Shown piece by piece: positions 61,855-64,000 of a stretch of DNA of 64,000 bases (within the stretch, counting starts at the first letter, position 1; each line of letters starts with the position of its first letter). The stretch is taken from NCBI RefSeq assembly GCF_036971445.1, contig NC_091480.1, positions 11,346,001 to 11,410,000 of the forward strand. The letters run 5' to 3'. The notes beneath the pieces were generated by a model, which worked only from the letters and a program-made list of their open reading frames with translations, did no database searches and was not told where the DNA came from. This DNA comes from Narcine bancroftii (Eukaryota). The position numbers and the translations under genes were made by a program.

Positions 61855-62545
61855 CCAGAAAACTTCCACAGGTGTACTGTGGAGAGCATTCTGTCTGCTA
61901 TGGAGGTGCCAACACCCAGGACAATTTAAAAAAAACTCAGAGGCTGCCATCTCCTCTTGTATGAACCACAAGGGCTTTGACCAGGCTGAACTAAGAACTC
62001 ACAACCCATCTTGAAAATGTTTTTTTTTTCCCCACAAGCTCATCACGTTCCAGTCCCTGCTGCTGCTGAACTGTGGAACTGAAACTGAATTCTCTCTCTG
62101 ACAGAGAAAAACCACATGACCCTCTTAGAACACTCAGACTGTGACACTGGACCCAATCTTCTGAGTTCATTCATCTGTTGCTTTCCAAAACAATAATTCA
62201 TTACTCCACAGCATGTCCAAGAACTCAGCCAGCGACATCATGGGGAACATCTACATGAGGTAGTGTCTTAAGAAAGCAGCTTCTATCTTCAAGGATCCCC
62301 ACCACATGGGCCATGCCCTCTTCGCTCTACCACCACCACCAGGAAAAAGGTGCAGGAGCCCGAAGACGAGCACTCAGCGGCACATGGACGGCTTCTTCCC
62401 CACTGCCATCAGATTCCTGAATGAACACTTTGACTTTTTATTGCACTATTTTTATTTATTTTGTATGATGGTTTATATGAATGTTTCCACTGTGATGCTG
62501 CCACAAAACAATGGATTTTGTGATATTTTCATGACTAAATTCTGA
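61855..62545 (+). mobile_element. Rex1/Babar-like LINE 3' fragment interrupted by the inverted LTR copy
   Basis: GTACTGTGGAGAGCATTCTG...ACTCAGAG [insert] AACTCAGCC...GHALFALP...DGFFPTAIRFLN. Confidence 0.7.
61948..62220 (-). repeat. Inverted near-identical copy of 59502-59782
   Basis: Direct reverse-complement match apart from a ~10-nt deletion, a few substitutions and an A-run length difference. Confidence 0.95.
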
Positions 62546-64000
62546 ATGTGTGTATTGCATTGTTCTTGAAGTTGACAGCTGTGCCTGTACATGGAGAGAA
62601 TTCAGGGAGCAGCTCTTTGACCTGAGAGAAGAGAATCACCTTGTTGATGATTTTCATTGTGGAAGGCAGTGGGGAGAATCTCCTGTAACTACCACACTCA
62701 TATTTGTCCGCTTTCTTGAAGATGGCCATGATTGCAGCATCTACTTATTTCCCTAATGTATTCTCTTCCTATATATGACAATGAGATTGGCAATTTATGA
62801 TTGATTGATTTCGCTGACATTTTTAGATTCTTAGCTGAATACTGTACAATTTTGCCACCATGTTCTTTCTTAATTGGCATACATTTTTTCCCCACATCTG
62901 GTCAGTGATGAATGACAGGACCAAATGGCTATTGTGAGATGGATCAAGATCACATGTCAATGGCAGCGACCCAGGTTGACAGAACTAAGAAATCTCCAGA
63001 TATTTTCAGCATTTCAAAGGTTTTAATATGCATGTGGACAACCGAACACCTCTCTCAACAATTGTCAGAAACCATCTTTGCACCACTTAAATCGATTCTC
63101 AATTACAAGTCAGACTCCATTTCTCACCTTGGTCAGCATCTTTCATTGTCATGTGATGGATAAAATAAACACGGTATCACAGAATGATTTTAGTATGGAG
63201 GGTGGCTATTCAGCTCATCGTTCATGCAGGTCAAAAAGAAGAGCAATCCAATTCAGCCTGCAAATTCTTCCTTTCAGATACCTTTTCGAAAGCTACTGAA
63301 CTTGCCTCCCTTACTACTGCCACCAATACCCGAACCTCTCACTGTGTCACTTTTGGTTCTTATGCCAATCATCTTTAATCCATGTCCTCATACTCATCCT
63401 TCTGCCAATGGGAATGGGTTCTTGCCACCTAAGGTATTTATATCTTTCATAAGGCCTTAATGTAACCTTTTTTTTTCCCCAAGGAGAACATCCCCTCCTT
63501 CTCCAACCCATCCTCATAATAAAACTCCCTCATATATGACATAAAATCCCTTCTGCAATTCTTTCAAAACCCTTTATATCTTACTCCAGGTGTGGCATCC
63601 AGAACTACAAGCATTAATCTATCTGTGCCCAAATGTGTTTTCAGGAGATTATAGACATGACTTCCTTGCTTTTTGTACTCTATGCCTCCAGAATCCTGAG
63701 CTTTTTGTGCTACTTTCTCAATCTGCCATGTTTATTTTCAACACTCTTGCCTTATCACATTCTTCCTCCAAAGCACAAACCACACTTCTCAGCATTGTTT
63801 CATTGCACACTGCCCTGCTCATTCCATTAGCTTATCTATATTACCTTGAAATCTAAAAACATTCTCCTCAGTTTTCCATCTTCTGTAAATTTGGAAACTG
63901 CATCTTGCATTCCCAGTCCAAATAATGAATATGTTCGAGGAAACTATTTGCTAGGACCATGGATTGACACCACAATTCTCTTCCTTCTGATCCAAGAAGC

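Noticed and set aside
61450-64000. Possible PARN first exon head-to-head with BFAR
   Set aside because: No recognisable PARN N-terminal coding sequence; the region is mostly LINE remnants.

Overview
Eukaryotic genomic DNA from a vertebrate. The repeat landscape (V-SINE-like tRNA SINEs, CR1 3' fragments, Penelope-derived fold-back elements) points to a cartilaginous fish, possibly a ray; that assignment is inference. Three intact spliced genes were assembled by hand from GT-AG junctions. COPS3 (- strand, 12 coding exons, 27612->1315, 1272 nt = 423 aa) lies head-to-head with NT5M (+ strand, 5 exons, 29172/29208->40287) across a CpG-rich promoter. BFAR (- strand, 7 coding exons, 57928->43567, 1344 nt = 447 aa, probable non-coding first exon near 61.3 kb) lies tail-to-tail with NT5M. 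Introns are packed with mobile DNA: a young RTE LINE, an internally deleted L1, a Tigger element, Tc1/mariner and hAT MITEs, four solo LTRs, CR1/Rex fragments and SINEs. Most notable: (i) a dispersed family of Penelope-derived fold-back elements carrying hammerhead-ribozyme-like cores; (ii) a BFAR 5' region combining CRE/UPRE motifs with an ATF4-like short uORF plus an overlapping uORF; (iii) a ~275-bp inverted copy of an LTR segment that brackets the BFAR promoter. Repeat boundaries not defined by TIRs/TSDs are approximate.
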